Source of the DNA: Tubiluchus corallicola | Lineage: Eukaryota; Animalia; Priapulida | DNA length: 64,000 bases | Direction of reading: 5' to 3' | Assembly (NCBI GenBank): GCA_030141605.1 | Contig: JAQGDQ010000120.1 | Span: 434,001-498,000 of the forward strand | Shown here: piece by piece, positions 26,501 through 40,500 of the stretch | How positions within the stretch are numbered: position 1 is the stretch's first letter | Layout of the letters: each line of letters opens with the position of its first letter | The notes under the pieces: generated by a model | Databases searched by the model: none | What the model saw: only the letters and a program-made list of their open reading frames with translations | What the model was told of the DNA's origin: nothing | Position numbers and translations under genes: made by a program

Positions 26501-29500
26501 TTTCAACCATTTTAGGCCATTGTCGGCTCAGTTGTGATAAAACTGAATCTGAAATTAATGTAAAACACAAGGTCAAAATAATAAACTCCACTTTGCTTAA
26601 CTATAGTGTTTGTGTACGTAAATTGTTGTTTATTATAACAGAAAAGAGTTCAGCTGACAAAATACTGCAACAGGCGAGGCGTAATCTACAAGTTTCTTTT
26701 TAAAACTCAATGGCCGTTTTGTTGGCGCTGTCAGAAAGTTATTCTAAAGGTTTTTCGGTATTTGTTTGGCGAAAGAGTTTTTGTACACAGCGGGGTCATG
26801 CAAAATTATGCTTTATTTGGCTCATTCTGGGCTTAGGGCCACTGTTAACAATGTCTGACATGCTTTTGCAGATATTCTTCCTCTGTACTGCATTCCGGCA
26901 ACTTTTCGGCGCCGACGCAGGTAAATAGAAAAGATGCAGCAAAAATGTATGAAGGCTTTCAGCGGCAAGGTGCAGCGCATACCTTACTCTTGTTTGAGCA
27001 GAACTCGTACTTGTTCCGCGGCCGAGAGCGTTGAACCCACCGTTTCCCATAAGACAAGAAAATAATGCACGCGTGCTTGCCTTTTTCTCATACAACTTGA
27101 AAATGAGCACGTGATTGTGTGGGCTAGTCGGTCATTATCATCTGCCCGAGCTTTTAAACTAATCAGTTTTCAGATGGACAGCACTTAGCGTTTGTTAGGA
27201 GCTTGTAAAATTTGATCTTTACAACGCATTTTAACAGGTCGTGAAAGGATTTGCTAAATGGTGCGCAGGAGATGCGATAATCACCTGTGTTCCTGAGTTA
27301 TTTAGCATGTGAACAATCAGCACGTTGTTTTCTTACCTTTCACCCCACAGTTGGTTTATGTTGGGCGCATTTATAAACGGAAAACTCATTGTCTTATGTG
27401 CCGCATGTGTTAGAATGTTATTAGAAATATACTGCTGATTCGAGTGATTTCTCTCTAAGTAGTGAAAAAACAGTACAGTAGGCTAGGTATTGATAGTAAG
27501 AACTTGTCTTGTATGTATGCGCGATCATTCTTTCTATTGAGTGATGACATCGGACAGACTGATGATGATTGATAACACGTTTGCCATTAAGACGTGACTA
27601 CCCTTATTTCTGCACGAATACCCGATACTTATGTACAGGAGAAGCAAACCTGTCTTTAAATTATTCTCGACAGATTCTTTATAATTTATACTTCAGTATG
27701 TTGTTGTACACTTGTCTCTTAACTTTGCAATTTCGCGCGCCAGCTTTTACACTTACATAACTAACTAAATTTTGTGACGCATTTAATTTAAAACGGCATT
27801 TAAACTTCCCTCCTAAGAACCGCCTTGTAAATCAGCGCATTAAGTTGTAATTTGTGATGAACATCTAGCAGGCTATATAATTGAGGTAGACACCACAACT
27901 TCTTCCAACAGTAGCTAGCTAGTCAGCTACCAAGCTGATTTGCAGATTTGTGAAACTGCAGTTTCGCAGACGAAACAATTTAGGCGCAAGGAAAAACTCC
28001 TCACAGTTTGCCTTGGTATAAAAACAGTTAAACTGTGTTAGTTTTTACACGTCTTAAACCCACATCTGCGTCATTGCTGGCATTTAGAGTTGCACTTCGT
28101 GGCGACGACTCCACGACCTTGAAAGAGCGCTAGTGAAGCCATCCCATTCAGATTTTAAAGTTTCTGTTTATCTTGCATGCTGAGAGGTTATCTTGACAGG
28201 GACGCAAACTTTAAAAGAAAATACGTGTAGTATCAAAATTCGTTAGTTTTCCATTGTTAAGGGCTTTCAGTAATATGAGCGCAAGGCTAGTTTCTCAGAA
28301 GCCCCTTGCATAGAAAAAATAACAGTTCACTCGGAATAACACAGTACACAACTCCGTCTGAAATTCTGAACTTAAAATTGGCCCGTTTCATTGTCAGCGC
28401 CACACCAGAAGCGCCGTGAAAAAATTTTAGCTATCGCACACGTAGTCCAAATTCTTATACACTGGTACTTGCCTTTGAAAAGATTTTCCCTCCATTGATG
28501 TTATCGCTATTTATTTATTTGTTGCATAATTCATTTATACAAGTTACAGTTATAGTTACACAATTACGTGCACTTAAAAAAAATAAAATACAACTTTACA
28601 AGAATACAAAAATGAAAATACATCATTGGGTTAGAGGAAGATCACTTAGATATTGTCTGAAAACCCTGTTTTCCCTTTAACATGGTTTGAGAACAACAGT
28701 AGTTTAGTAAAGGTTCAGTCTTATGGATTTGAGTCTGTTAGACGTAGTTAGAGTAATGAATGAAGCTGCATGTCTTGCTGTGTATAATTTACATCTTATA
28801 GGCTACTTAGATCAGTTGAACTGATCAGAACATAGTGCTTAGATTATAGTTAAAATTCTGCATGTCTGTGACATGCAGTCATAGCACAATTTAGGCCTAG
28901 TTGTTTTTTTATTAATCACGAATGTTGTAAAGGTTATTTAAGTTTGACTGAATAAAGTCACGCATGATAAATTTTTGAAATCAAGCTTGATCGAAAGTTA
29001 GTAAATATGGAAAAGTCAGGGCTGAGTATTTCCTCGGGGGGATTCATAGTAAGGTGGAGATAATTCAAATTGTGTGAATATGTATCATAATAACATTTTG
29101 CTAGCTGTACAATTATTACTTTTTAATATAATACGAGTATTATATTACGAGTATATAATACGAGTATTATAGAACTGCTGTTGAAAGTAGTTAATGTTGA
29201 AAGCTAACTCCTAATAAATGTTGACTACTTTCACATTTATAATTGTTCGCGAGTCCTAACTACTTAATGTAAGTCTAGGCTTCCTTAAGCTGGGCTGCAG
29301 GTAGGATACTAAACCTAGAAAACATTTCAGTTGTTGGTTGTTTCGTGTTGTGTAGAGTACCAGTTATACCGTTAACTCAATACTAAGTCCTATTAAGTGT
29401 AAATTAAGTAATTACCGAATGCTCTGTATAAAACTTGGCAAAAATAAATACACGGTCATTGGACACACGATGTTCTAGCTGTCTGTAGCTTCTCTCCTAT

Positions 29501-32500
29501 CAACAGTTCGTTTGCCAGAGGAAGTTTATGAATCGAAGTTTTCCTCACACACCCACGCTGGTTTGATTACAGTAGTCTGTAGTGCACGGCTAAATTTAGA
29601 CTGCGTAGTTAGTGGAGTATCCTGTGGGCTTGTATAATATATGAAAATATTCTGCACCATATGTTATCAGTGCCTGTTGCCGCACAAATAATGAGTGTAT
29701 GTTTTAGGTGAACTAACGATTGTTCATTGAACTTGTTTGAAGTCCATTTTTATTTGAGTTTTTCCATTTATCCTAGTCATACACCTTAAATAACTTTTCC
29801 TAACAATATGTAGTCCCTGCTGAAATAAGCTTCTATTTTTGTAGCTAAAATCCGATTGTGTGCATGTAATGCATTGCAGGGATATTAATGGGATTTTTTT
29901 TTCTTTTTCCACTATTTTTAGTTAGTTACAAATGGTAACTTACAATTAAATTTTACAACAGGGACGTGTACGAGTCTACAAAACTGCACAATTTGCAACT
30001 AAATACAATTGTACCACCATCGTATTTGAAATGAAAACTCCTTTACAAGATTTATGAACACAGAGTTTCTTGACTCCACTCGCGACATTCACGTGTCCTT
30101 CATGGAACGCAGCACTGACAGTATAAAGTAATTATAGTAGAAGCTATAATTATTATTCTTATGTACTGGCGAGCATGAACGTTGTAAAACGTTCACCTTT
30201 ACGTGGCCTCTAGAATCTCATATATGTTCACGTTAATGATTGGTTCAACGTTAGACAGTAGGCTAGCTACTGACTAGTAACAACCAGTGTCATGGCCCCT
30301 CTGCAGGATTAGAGAACAGAAGCCTCGGACGGTGATTTGTATATTTTCATTCAGTTAATGATGTGTAGTGTAGGCGGTGCCCCCATTGGTTCATGCCATG
30401 TATGTGGTGCGTGAAATATACAGCTGTACCATCTTCATCTCATTTGAAATGAACTCTCTTATGGCGCGTTCAGACGTAGAAACTTCTCTCGCAACTTGTT
30501 GCAATGTATGGATGGCTTGGCAACTTTTCTTAGAGAGAAGTTACGCAACAAATTGCGAGAGCGGTCTCTACTTCTGAACGCCCTATTACGTACAGTAGCG
30601 CGTCACAAATCCAAGGTCTTCGATTACCCTGTATGTTATTACATGTATTCTTGTAAAGATCTGATGCAACCAGTCTAGTAGGGAGCGTGTTATAAGGGCA
30701 AAGGTTTCCTCCTCTTCCTTGTAAACACGTCGCCGTTAAATATTGACATTCCGCTAGTCAAGTTCACGTGACTCTGAGTAAGCGTTTTTACATGCGAGGT
30801 AACGGGTTAACGAGATGAGTACATGTAGCTACTTTCAAGTAGGTGCCCGTTTAAAGTAACGTGTGTATAGATAGTCATTGTTAATGCGTATAGATAAAAA
30901 AGTACTAAAGATGTAAAAGAAAGCAAATTTATTTCTTTTTTAATTCTATATAAATATCTAGCCTAGGAATCCTTATTAAGTACACTCCTTCTTCGGAAAG
31001 GCACTTATTTTATTTTTAACTGTTTTATCCTGTTTTTGTTTAGTGTCTCATTTTTGTGTATGTCTGCGATAAATTCTTTCTGTATGTGATTGAACTTGCC
31101 CTGTGTTTTTGCCTGGCTAGGTGGCTTTTCCTCATACAAGAATTTCCAGTTTTAAACTTTAAATTCATTTTATAAGTCGCTATTGCATACCTGAGATTGC
31201 TCAAGGCCAATGGGTAGATGATATGAAAGTAACTGAAGCATTTTTGGAATGCATGTCCTGCTATATTTCTGCCGTGGCCACTCTTCATTTCGGCAACTAA
31301 AAACAAGGGATGGGCCACTTTGTGTGTGTCTGGAATGCTTGTTTGGCTTATTGCTTCGGGAAATCATTCATTCAGAACAGATAAGAACAAGTTCAACGTG
31401 GTGTCATTTATTCAGTAGCGCAATGGAGGTTACAGAATAATCTAACTTTTATGTACTGTAACTCATAAGTCACATGTATACATAATGTACTGCTGTTTTA
31501 CCCAACGTTGTCATATCGAGTACAAAACAATGATGACCTTAATTGTTTTGATTATAATTTCCCTCGCGTTTGGCATAGCGTTAAGCTAAGGTTGCTTTTG
31601 CTAGATTTACTTATTTTTGTTAGATTAAAACGAAGTTTTATTACTCATATTTTTATTATAACAACCTTTTTATACAACAAAAAACAATTTTATTGTTATT
31701 TATTTGTAACTACCTTGAACATGGAATTTTTATGCATCGGTATGCTTCAAAATGGTAAGGTTACGTTAAATATAGTAAATTTGTAAATTTATTAAAAACA
31801 AGTTTAATAAATCCATTTCAAATAGATACTGGGAATAATAACGATTGGCAATCACATTCAATGCGCGTTGAACAGTAGTTTCACGTATTGTTTTAGCTTA
31901 CTCTAACAGTGTATTTATTATGTCAATGTGAGACACTCTTTAGCACTCTGGAAATATAATTTTGTTTAGCTCGTGCGTTTTTGCTGGCTTAGCAGTCTTG
32001 ATTAATAAATGGTTGGTGATTGCTGAAGAAAACTGTTTCTAGGTTAACTTCAGCTAACATGTTACCGAGCTATTCCTTTCGCAGACCGACATATTGAGCC
32101 TCATTACTATGTCAAAAGTTCCAAACACGGCTCAGCCAATAGATTTTGATACTATGCATTGCTCCTGATCTGTTCTTTGCAATGTCGTTATAGTTCGATA
32201 TAGTAAATCAATACACGTTAAAATTACAATAGACGGTAAATTATAATATTATTTGCATTGTGGCAGAACACCTCACTTTACTTGGTCAATGATTATAATA
32301 TTGCCTCGTCAACCGTAATAGTAGTTGACAGCATGATAATTAGTTGTAACTGAGGTATTCAATGATATTTTCAGAGCATATGAAATTACGAAGTTATTAA
32401 ACGTCATTCAGATTCCTTGATCGTGATCGTGATCGCAAACTAAGTAATAATGCACAGATCTTTGCAATAACTGTTTATCTAAGAACGTAGAGTCACGGTG

Positions 32501-32784
32501 AAACAGTTTCATTTGCTTGTCCATGCAGTTGGCCTTGCTCATCGTCTTGACTATCTTACTGAAAAGATACTTTAGCCAGTGGCTATCAGTAGTTAGATAC
32601 TAGCTTGCAATCTGGTATATATATAGGTGAGGTTAAATTAAAAGCTATATGGCGAGTTAGTGCTTTACTGGCGCTGTCAGCTCAGTGACAGGTCATTTAT
32701 ACATGTGATTTATGTGCGCCTGTATTTCTGCTTAGTAAATATACGAGTACTGCGTTCCATTCACAGTCTTTCTCCATTTGAGTC

Positions 32785-33005
32785 AGTTGACATAATTATA
32801 TCTTTTTCTTCCCAGCTTTTCCCTACTTCTTTGTGGACTTTACCTTCAAGTCGCACCGACTCATTCATAGAAGGTTTTGGCGCAGTTTTTACAGGCGGAT
32901 GCCCTTCCTGACCCTAACCCTCCCTATTTATCCGGGCTTGGGACCGGCACTGAGTTGGGCTGGCTCCCCCCCCCCCAGTGGCTAGGTTAGTTGACATAAT
33001 TATAT
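32785..33005 (-). mobile_element. RTE-related short retroelement (187-bp insert, 32802-32988) with 17-bp target-site duplication
   Basis: Identical agttgacataattatat at 32785-32801 and 32989-33005. The insert contains ggatgcccttcctgaccctaaccctccctatttatccgggcttgggaccggcac, a motif I recognise from RTE-clade elements, and ends on the minus strand in GGGAAAAGCTGGGAAGAAAAAG. Confidence 0.8.
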
Positions 33006-34982
33006 AAAAATGTAAAATGTGTAACAAGGTTAAAATGATCAATGCTGAAAATTGTGTGCTAAAAAGTACTAATACACTCGTTCAAGTAGTTACATATAAA
33101 ATGTCTGTTTCCATGTGAGGAAAAATTGATTTTGCGTTTCTTTTCGTGTCAGAGTACACTGAAGGGCAGTTTCAATGTAAGTGAAACTTAAAGCACACGA
33201 AAACCCACATACGTACTCCACTTTCGTAAAGCTTAAAAAATTCGTAAAAAGGTGACTATAATTGATTATTGATTATAGGTTTTTAGCTCCTTTAGCGTCT
33301 ATTTCGCACCAGATTTGCCGAAAGTAGGATACAAACTTTGCTCAACTTGAAATTCTTGAATCTCGATACCAAAGGCTTTATATGTCAAACCAGAGCTCCT
33401 GTACAGCGAAAACACCGGCAATTATTAACTACCCCTTACACACAAGACATGAAGTTTATTATAGGTGGTGCAGCCTCCATCGAGAGTATGTGGTGATCAA
33501 TTGCTGATAATAACACACTTTGTTTAATAAAAGCAAAAGTATGGATCAGTTCCACAGTAAAATTTTTAGTGTGAATTTCACTGTGTTAAACTTCGTACAA
33601 CTGGACGCGTGATTGATAAATCCTGCGATAATGTGAATCCAGGTTCATTATAATAAATTAAAGGTAAAATTACTTGTATAAGTTAATGTGTTACGAGATT
33701 TTTATTATGTTCATAATCGTGTTGGCTGTAAGTTCGATTAATTAGCGATGACTATACAGACACCTAGTGACTAGCGCTAAATGAATAGAAATATTCTGTA
33801 GTTTCACGCCTTTTTGAAGTAGCACTGTAACAGCATTACATATGCTTAAGCAGCCGTAAAACAGGTCTCCTTGTGCAGTAATGGAAAAAAGCAGGAACTT
33901 GTTGTAACTTTTACCTGCGGGCAGATCTAAGAAACCCTATACAATCTTATTTTTGATATTATAAGTTTATCTTGGGCATCAAGTTTTCTTAGGCATCCAC
34001 TTTTGATTTATGTTAGTTCGGAAACACTGAAAGTTGGGGTCATGAAACTTGCAGGATAGACACCTGGGATAGGACTCGGATAATAGTGAACGATGACCTC
34101 GGTTAAGGAGTCGAGCACGCAAGGCATCGGTCATTTCGAGTGACACCACCTGACCAATGTACTGTCACGTACTAACTAATGCTATCTCCCCACCAATTTT
34201 CAGTGGTGCTCACTCTTCCCACTTAGTGGCTATACAGGTTACATTAGGCAAATTACTTTCTGTTACAAGTATGTCGTGGTATGCACACGATATAATGTTA
34301 CGTGTGTGACACCTCACTACTTTCTTTTTCGTTCACTTCTTAGACAGGATCGTTTGGGTTGAAGAGTAAGCATTATTGAACAAGAACATCGAACTTAAAA
34401 AAATGTCGGCAGTCTACGTACTATATTAGCTTTCAGTGCCACTCAGTATGGGGAAGCTTCTGAAAAATGTACTATATTTTGTTTTCATTTTATAAATTTC
34501 CTGTATGTAAAAAAGTAATAATCTGTGATATAAACGTGGCTTGCTAGACGAGCAATTATTATGAGAAATTTTTGAACTTTCCCTGACAGGCAAGGCACCC
34601 GCGGACAGCTTGTCGTTGACTCACGCATGAACCTTGCAGGTCTGCAGCTTGCCGACGACTTTCGATTCGTGTGACTTCTCGAATGTGATGTTTTTGTTGT
34701 TCTTCCCACCCTGCATGCTACAGTGCTTTCGGTTTATGTGTCTAACTAATTGTCAATACTGTGGTATATCATGTGGAATGTCTTTTTCGCATGACATTTT
34801 CATCGCATTTCACCAAACTTCTTGCTCTTTCTTGTCGTTTGTGGTGGTCTGGCTTAAATTGTTGAGAATTGGAGGATAATAACCAGTTGTAGGCCAACTT
34901 CTGTATCTGTGGAGAAAAATTTATATAGAAATAAAAATTACAATATATATGTATTGCGATGCATTATCTAGTCCTGTTAAGC

Positions 34983-35059
34983 ATATATATATAGTATGTA
35001 TATATATGCAATATGTATATATATACACATATATATATACATATATGTATGTATGTATG

Positions 35060-35105
<46 letters not shown>

Positions 35106-35126
35106 CATACATACATACATACATAT
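34983..35126. repeat. Compound microsatellite (TATG)n-(TA)n-(CATA)n
   Basis: Directly visible; it accounts for the low-complexity ORFs 34921..35124 and 34949..35167. Confidence 0.95.
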
Positions 35127-37386
35127 TGTTCCTTTCTAAAAATCTAATTCCTTTGTCGAGAGGTTAGTAGTAGCAGAATGGTAGCAGTTATGAACTTATC
35201 ATCTATATTTTCAATTCAGACTATGACTTATATGTTATGCTGTTTCAAATTTCTATAATTTTTTGCACTGTGTTTTTTCTTTCTTTCTTGAACTAAGAAA
35301 GTGACATTACCTGTCAGTAGTTACTCTATTTGAAAACAAAATATCTCCCTTGCCCTCAGTGCTTTTGATTCTCAGGTTATTTTATCTTCCCGTGAGATAA
35401 GTGTTGACTTTCTCACGCTTCAGCTATAATATTTCCATAACCTTTATACCTACCTGCTACTTACTGCAGGCCCTGCATTTATCGTTCTTCCGTATTCGCA
35501 ACTTTCAAATTCATTGTGTTGCTTAGAAGCTGGTGTTCATGACGTGGAATATATGGCCTACATGGGTACCATATAAATCCACTACGTTTGTATGCACGTT
35601 AATGTCAATTTAAATTTAGTAAACACTAGAGAACACTTAGGGTTTTCTTAGGTCACAGTAATTTACAGTCAAACTCATAATGTCTAGAGCCTGTTTTATA
35701 ATCATCGCTTTCAGTCATCGCTTTAAGACACGGGCTTCCTGGCGGCATGGCTTTTGATGGTTATCCCTGGACTGCTTGCATGTATGTGCATCATGTGCCA
35801 AAAATTAGCTGCTCCTATCTTTTCGAGTGTACTAACCGAACGTGTGGGCTATACTTAACTGCCAGTATAGCAGCAGTGCGTCTTATCTCTCATTCCATTT
35901 AAGAAAAGTACATGATTTACGGCTTGTCAAGTACACGTGTTTGAAAATAGGCTTCAGCTTAGGAAGTTGTTGTGTGATATTGTGTTCAGTAGCAACTTTT
36001 ATAGGAGAGTTACAGATGAGGTTGATAGCTATGTAGCCATCATACGGGCCGGGTCGTTGGAAGAAACGGTTACCTTTTGAGCGTCTTCAAAGAAACCAGT
36101 ATTATAAGAAATCCAACACAACGCTGCAGTTGAAAAAATTAGAAGACTAGATAAGCATCTTACTACATCAGTGCATAGTAAATATCATAGTTAAACTAGA
36201 AGAAAGTCCCGAAAAAGGTTCTATAAAGTTCTGGTGGCTGTTTTCTAACAGGGAGCATCTTAGCCAGTCTTATCTATTTGACAAAAGCTTAGCAGCTACT
36301 TTGTTTTTTTGCGTTTTTGATCCTTTCTGATAATTTTTCAAGTCGACAGCAGTTTCTTTTCGAATTCAGCGGACTGGCTACTTTGTCCGCTTTTAGAAAA
36401 AACACGTTTCCAGTATTCCACTTTTCTGAAAATTCCTACTTTATACTGTAATTAATCTGAAATTTGAGTGTCAAATATTTAACAGGCGAATCATTCAGTG
36501 ATACAAAAAAAGACAAACAACGTATTACTGCTGTAGTAAGGTATTAAACTGCAGTTGAACTCCCTCGGTCAGTTTTTCTTCCTCTGCACCAAGAAGTATT
36601 GTTTTCAATTCGTGGAAGTCAAATACATGGCACTTTTCACTATGGTACTTTGCACTAGTACTTTTACCGTACGCTAGTGTGCTGTTGATCATCGAAAGTT
36701 CCGACATATTAGTAACCAATACCAAATATATTATCGTTACTTCTGTGTATGGGCATGTTGTTTCTGTACTTTTTTGAGGAGCAGATCTGCTTGGCCGTCT
36801 GCTGTATTTGGTTCACTGTCTGAAGCCTTGTATTCTGGAGGCTGTTGCGCAGCACGTGTCTTATTTTTGTACCCGCACATCGTGATCTTATTTCCTGTCT
36901 TGATGACGTATGCATGTGCAGTAGGTAGACATTATATTTTTCAAAATATTACGATTTGTTCCCAGGTGCAGTCCTCGCATTTCCTACATCATTTTTGTTT
37001 GCGTTCTTGTCCAACCTGGATGTTTTTCATGTTGTGTAGGTGTTGTTGGACTCTGTAAATACAGCTCTCGACTCTCTAAGCAGCTGAATTTGTTTGAAAA
37101 GTCTGCGCCATATTATCTATAATAGCTGGCTTCCTCTTGTAAAATAGCAAAGAGAAAACATGTGTGTAATGTGTATGCACGCAAGTACGCCTACGCTGTG
37201 TAGTGTCATGTGATTTTTTAAAATATATTGTAATCGAAATTCAGTGCGTTTTTATTAAAATTAAAAACCGGTAATGTAATGCACATACAGATCTGTGGGC
37301 CTTAATCGAAGTGGAGGTAGCGATGGTTATTTGGTTTTCGTGGGGGTTGCTGAGTGGTAGCGGGTAATCTAAACAACCCAGTTATT

Positions 37387-37525
37387 TGTCAGTTCCTGGC
37401 TGTTAAAACTTAAAAAGGGGGTCCGTGTCCGTCCGGTGTCCACAATTACAGTTGGTATATCTGTCAGTTCCGGGCTATTAAAACTTGAAAAGGGGATCCG
37501 TGTCCGTCGGGTCTTCACAGTTACA
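37387..37525. repeat. Two-copy tandem repeat, 64-bp unit, 75-bp period
   Basis: tgtcagttcc.ggct.ttaaaactt.aaaagggg.tccgtgtccgtc.g...caca.ttaca at 37387-37450 and 37462-37525. Confidence 0.88.
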
Positions 37526-40500
37526 CTTAGTCTTTTTTCACATTTCCGTAACAACCAGTTGGATTCACTCGGAAGTTATTTTAATAGTCAATTACGAAAA
37601 TGATGAAATTTGATGCATTAAATACTTGATTTGTATTTTTGTATCAAAAGTTTTTTATAATATTAGGAAAATATTATGCTGACAGAGACAGAAGTATCTC
37701 TAGCCAGAGAAGCTGGGTCAGTTTTCTCGAGTTTTTGGCTTGATATGATCATTATAATGCGGGAATTGGTCTGTATGGCTTCACTTGCGGTGTAAGCATA
37801 TTGTTGTGTGGCCCCGATATATTTAAACATCTGCGCGGCAGCCGGCTTGTTAATAATACGGACGATATCTATTCCAGACGCCCGACACGTGTCAGATGTG
37901 GCAGGCGAAGAAACGGTAGATCTAACCTCTGGTCTCTTAGAGACGCATGGATGATACTACAGAAAACTGATAAAAAACACGTGTAGGTCAAAAACGGCTT
38001 TCTACCCCTTGCATATGTGCAGAGTCATGTGCCTGTTGCATGAAGTCTGTAAAACTCTCCCTTGTGTCATGTAAAACACGACACCTTTTAAAGGAAAGGA
38101 CAAGTCACGTAGTACGTTGGGGCTTATTTTACTGTTATCATTTAAAATTGCAAAAAATGTAAAAAAGGAATTTGCAAAAAACTGTCTATAAAGTTAATTT
38201 ATAGTATCACTGTATGGAAATTTTCAGGTCCGCCATTCCCTTGAATATTTTGACGTAACTGGTGGACCTCGTAACTTTTCGTAAACACATTTTCTCTTTT
38301 CGTAAGTGGGCGCTGTTTAAACTAATTCAGTGTTCATGCAAAAATGTCACAAAATTAGCTATACTTTTGACGTAAATTGACCATGCCTTTCTTCAACTGA
38401 TGAACAATATCATTGGTGGAAGAGTGGGCGTTCAAAATGGAAGCATCAAGTGATCACGACTTTAAACTGATTTTACCAACTATACGAGGCGCTTATCACA
38501 TATTTGTTGCTAAATCCTAGCATTTTGGCGAACATTGAAATAAGCTTTACTTCCCAGAAGGCTTGACCTTTCCTTTTAAGGGTCTCGGGACAACGCTCTG
38601 TTATCTTGGCAAATTAGAAATTATGTCCATTGAAGAGCTTCTTTTCTGTAGGGTGCTGCTGTAGTCGACTGACCTCGTAAAATAATAATTTATGTCTCTT
38701 GAATGAATTCGCCTGGGATTCGTAGTTGTACGTTATTATTCACACACGAATGTAACACCCCAGTCTCACGTTCCTCTATTTTCTGCTTTATATGAACGTT
38801 GTAAGCATACTATGCTACGTTTGGGTTGTGCATAAAAAGATCTTCGTAGTTATTTCTTTCATGGACGGAGACATGGGTTTACATTCTTCAAAAGTTTACG
38901 TACCTGCCCAGTAAATAAAAGGGCCGCATCCGGATTATTATAATTAGGATTATTAGATGGTACTGTGGCATTAAATTACTAATTTTAACATGTACACATA
39001 ATCAATATTCTTAGTCTAGCAAGCGCATGCTTGCAGGGTGCTAATTATTTAGCTTAGTAGTAAACTGAATATAGGAAAATTAAAGGCGAAGCTAGTTTGA
39101 TTAGTGTGTGCGTATTAATATTCCTTTCGTAAATTTGTAAAACAAGAGGTGCTCTTTATAAGACCATGATTAACAGGGCCTTAATCCTGGCCCTGTGTCT
39201 CTTATTTTAATATTATCATGTATAGTTAATGATTGAGACACAAAATATATACTCTTTCTAATAACAAGAATGACGTCAGTTTATAAGTAACTCAATATCA
39301 ATTAATTTTATAACATTTTTATTAAAACCATTTGCACACTAACAGTCGTCGTCACTCATCAGGTAAATACATAACAAAACAACTACAAGTAACTACGGAA
39401 TCATAGAGAAAAACAAAAAGATGTAAACAGAAAGTATTCATATATAATATTGCTTGTAATAATCCAAGTGGCAGTTTATTTAACTAACTTATTTAACTTT
39501 ATTTAAGTGGCAGTGTTAAGGAAAGTTGAATAGCTTTATACTTTCAAATACATACATTAGTGGACACTTAATGCCTGCAGTTGAAGGCCCAAAACTGTGC
39601 TTTTATATACTAACTTCTGCTCATCATTGCAATCTTACTTCATAGTAATAAAGATTTTATTATTATCATCATCATCATCATTATTATTATCATCGTCAGC
39701 TTAAATGCTTTATATATTTTTTAAATAAGTAAGAATAAAATAAAAAGAATCAATGCTGTACAAGTAAAATATGTTTATGTTACAAACTATTTTGACAGCA
39801 CTGTTAGCTATAGCCTAAGGTTCTAAGGACCTGACGTACTGATCAATTACAGCAGATTGTTTAAGTTTAAGATATTTGAAACATCGCCTTCGGATCTCCC
39901 TAGACTCAGGGAATTGCAGTATTGATTACCGATTAATTAGAAATTGAGTACTGACTACTAAGAGAAAAGTGTTATCGCTTGTTATTATAAAATACCAGCG
40001 CACTATTTTGGAGTACTTTAATTTCAGAATACATTTCAGTCAAGTTTGTTTCCTGCATATAACAGCTAGTATGTCCTGAATTTACGTGATGATTTGTCAG
40101 TTTTTTATTTACATAGTCTAGTGGATTTAAATTCTTCAGAAAGTTTGCGAATTGCTTTTATTTAATCGCCTATCTCTCGGAACTTCACGGAAGCAGCCCA
40201 CACGCGTCTCCATCCCAAATCTGTCAGATAATCATTTCGTAAGCGGCTTAATCTGCGTGTATATAAATTCTATCGTGTTAATGTCATAGGCAGAAAAAGT
40301 GGCGCATTAATGTTAACTTGAATGCCTTAGAATGTTTTCTTGTGTAAACTGAGCAATGTTGCTTCTCGGTTTCCGATTACTAGTAAAATACTTGAGCGCC
40401 AACCAGACGTGTTTTTAGTCGGGTTAAGTTTTTGCATTTCGAGTTTGTTGTATTAGAGGTTTGCGATGTGCCTGACTTTCTTAACGCCACATTTTTATAT

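Noticed and set aside
27541-27600. C/D box snoRNA (GTGATGA..CTGA..TGATGA)
   Set aside because: No terminal CTGA D box or closing stem, and no recognisable rRNA guide.
34921-35167. ORFs rich in YI/YV repeats
   Set aside because: They are translations of the (TA)/(TATG) microsatellite.
37369-37554. Minus-strand ORF with an internal peptide repeat; also considered as a CRISPR-like repeat
   Set aside because: Explained by a simple two-copy tandem duplication; eukaryotic context, no spacers or cas genes.
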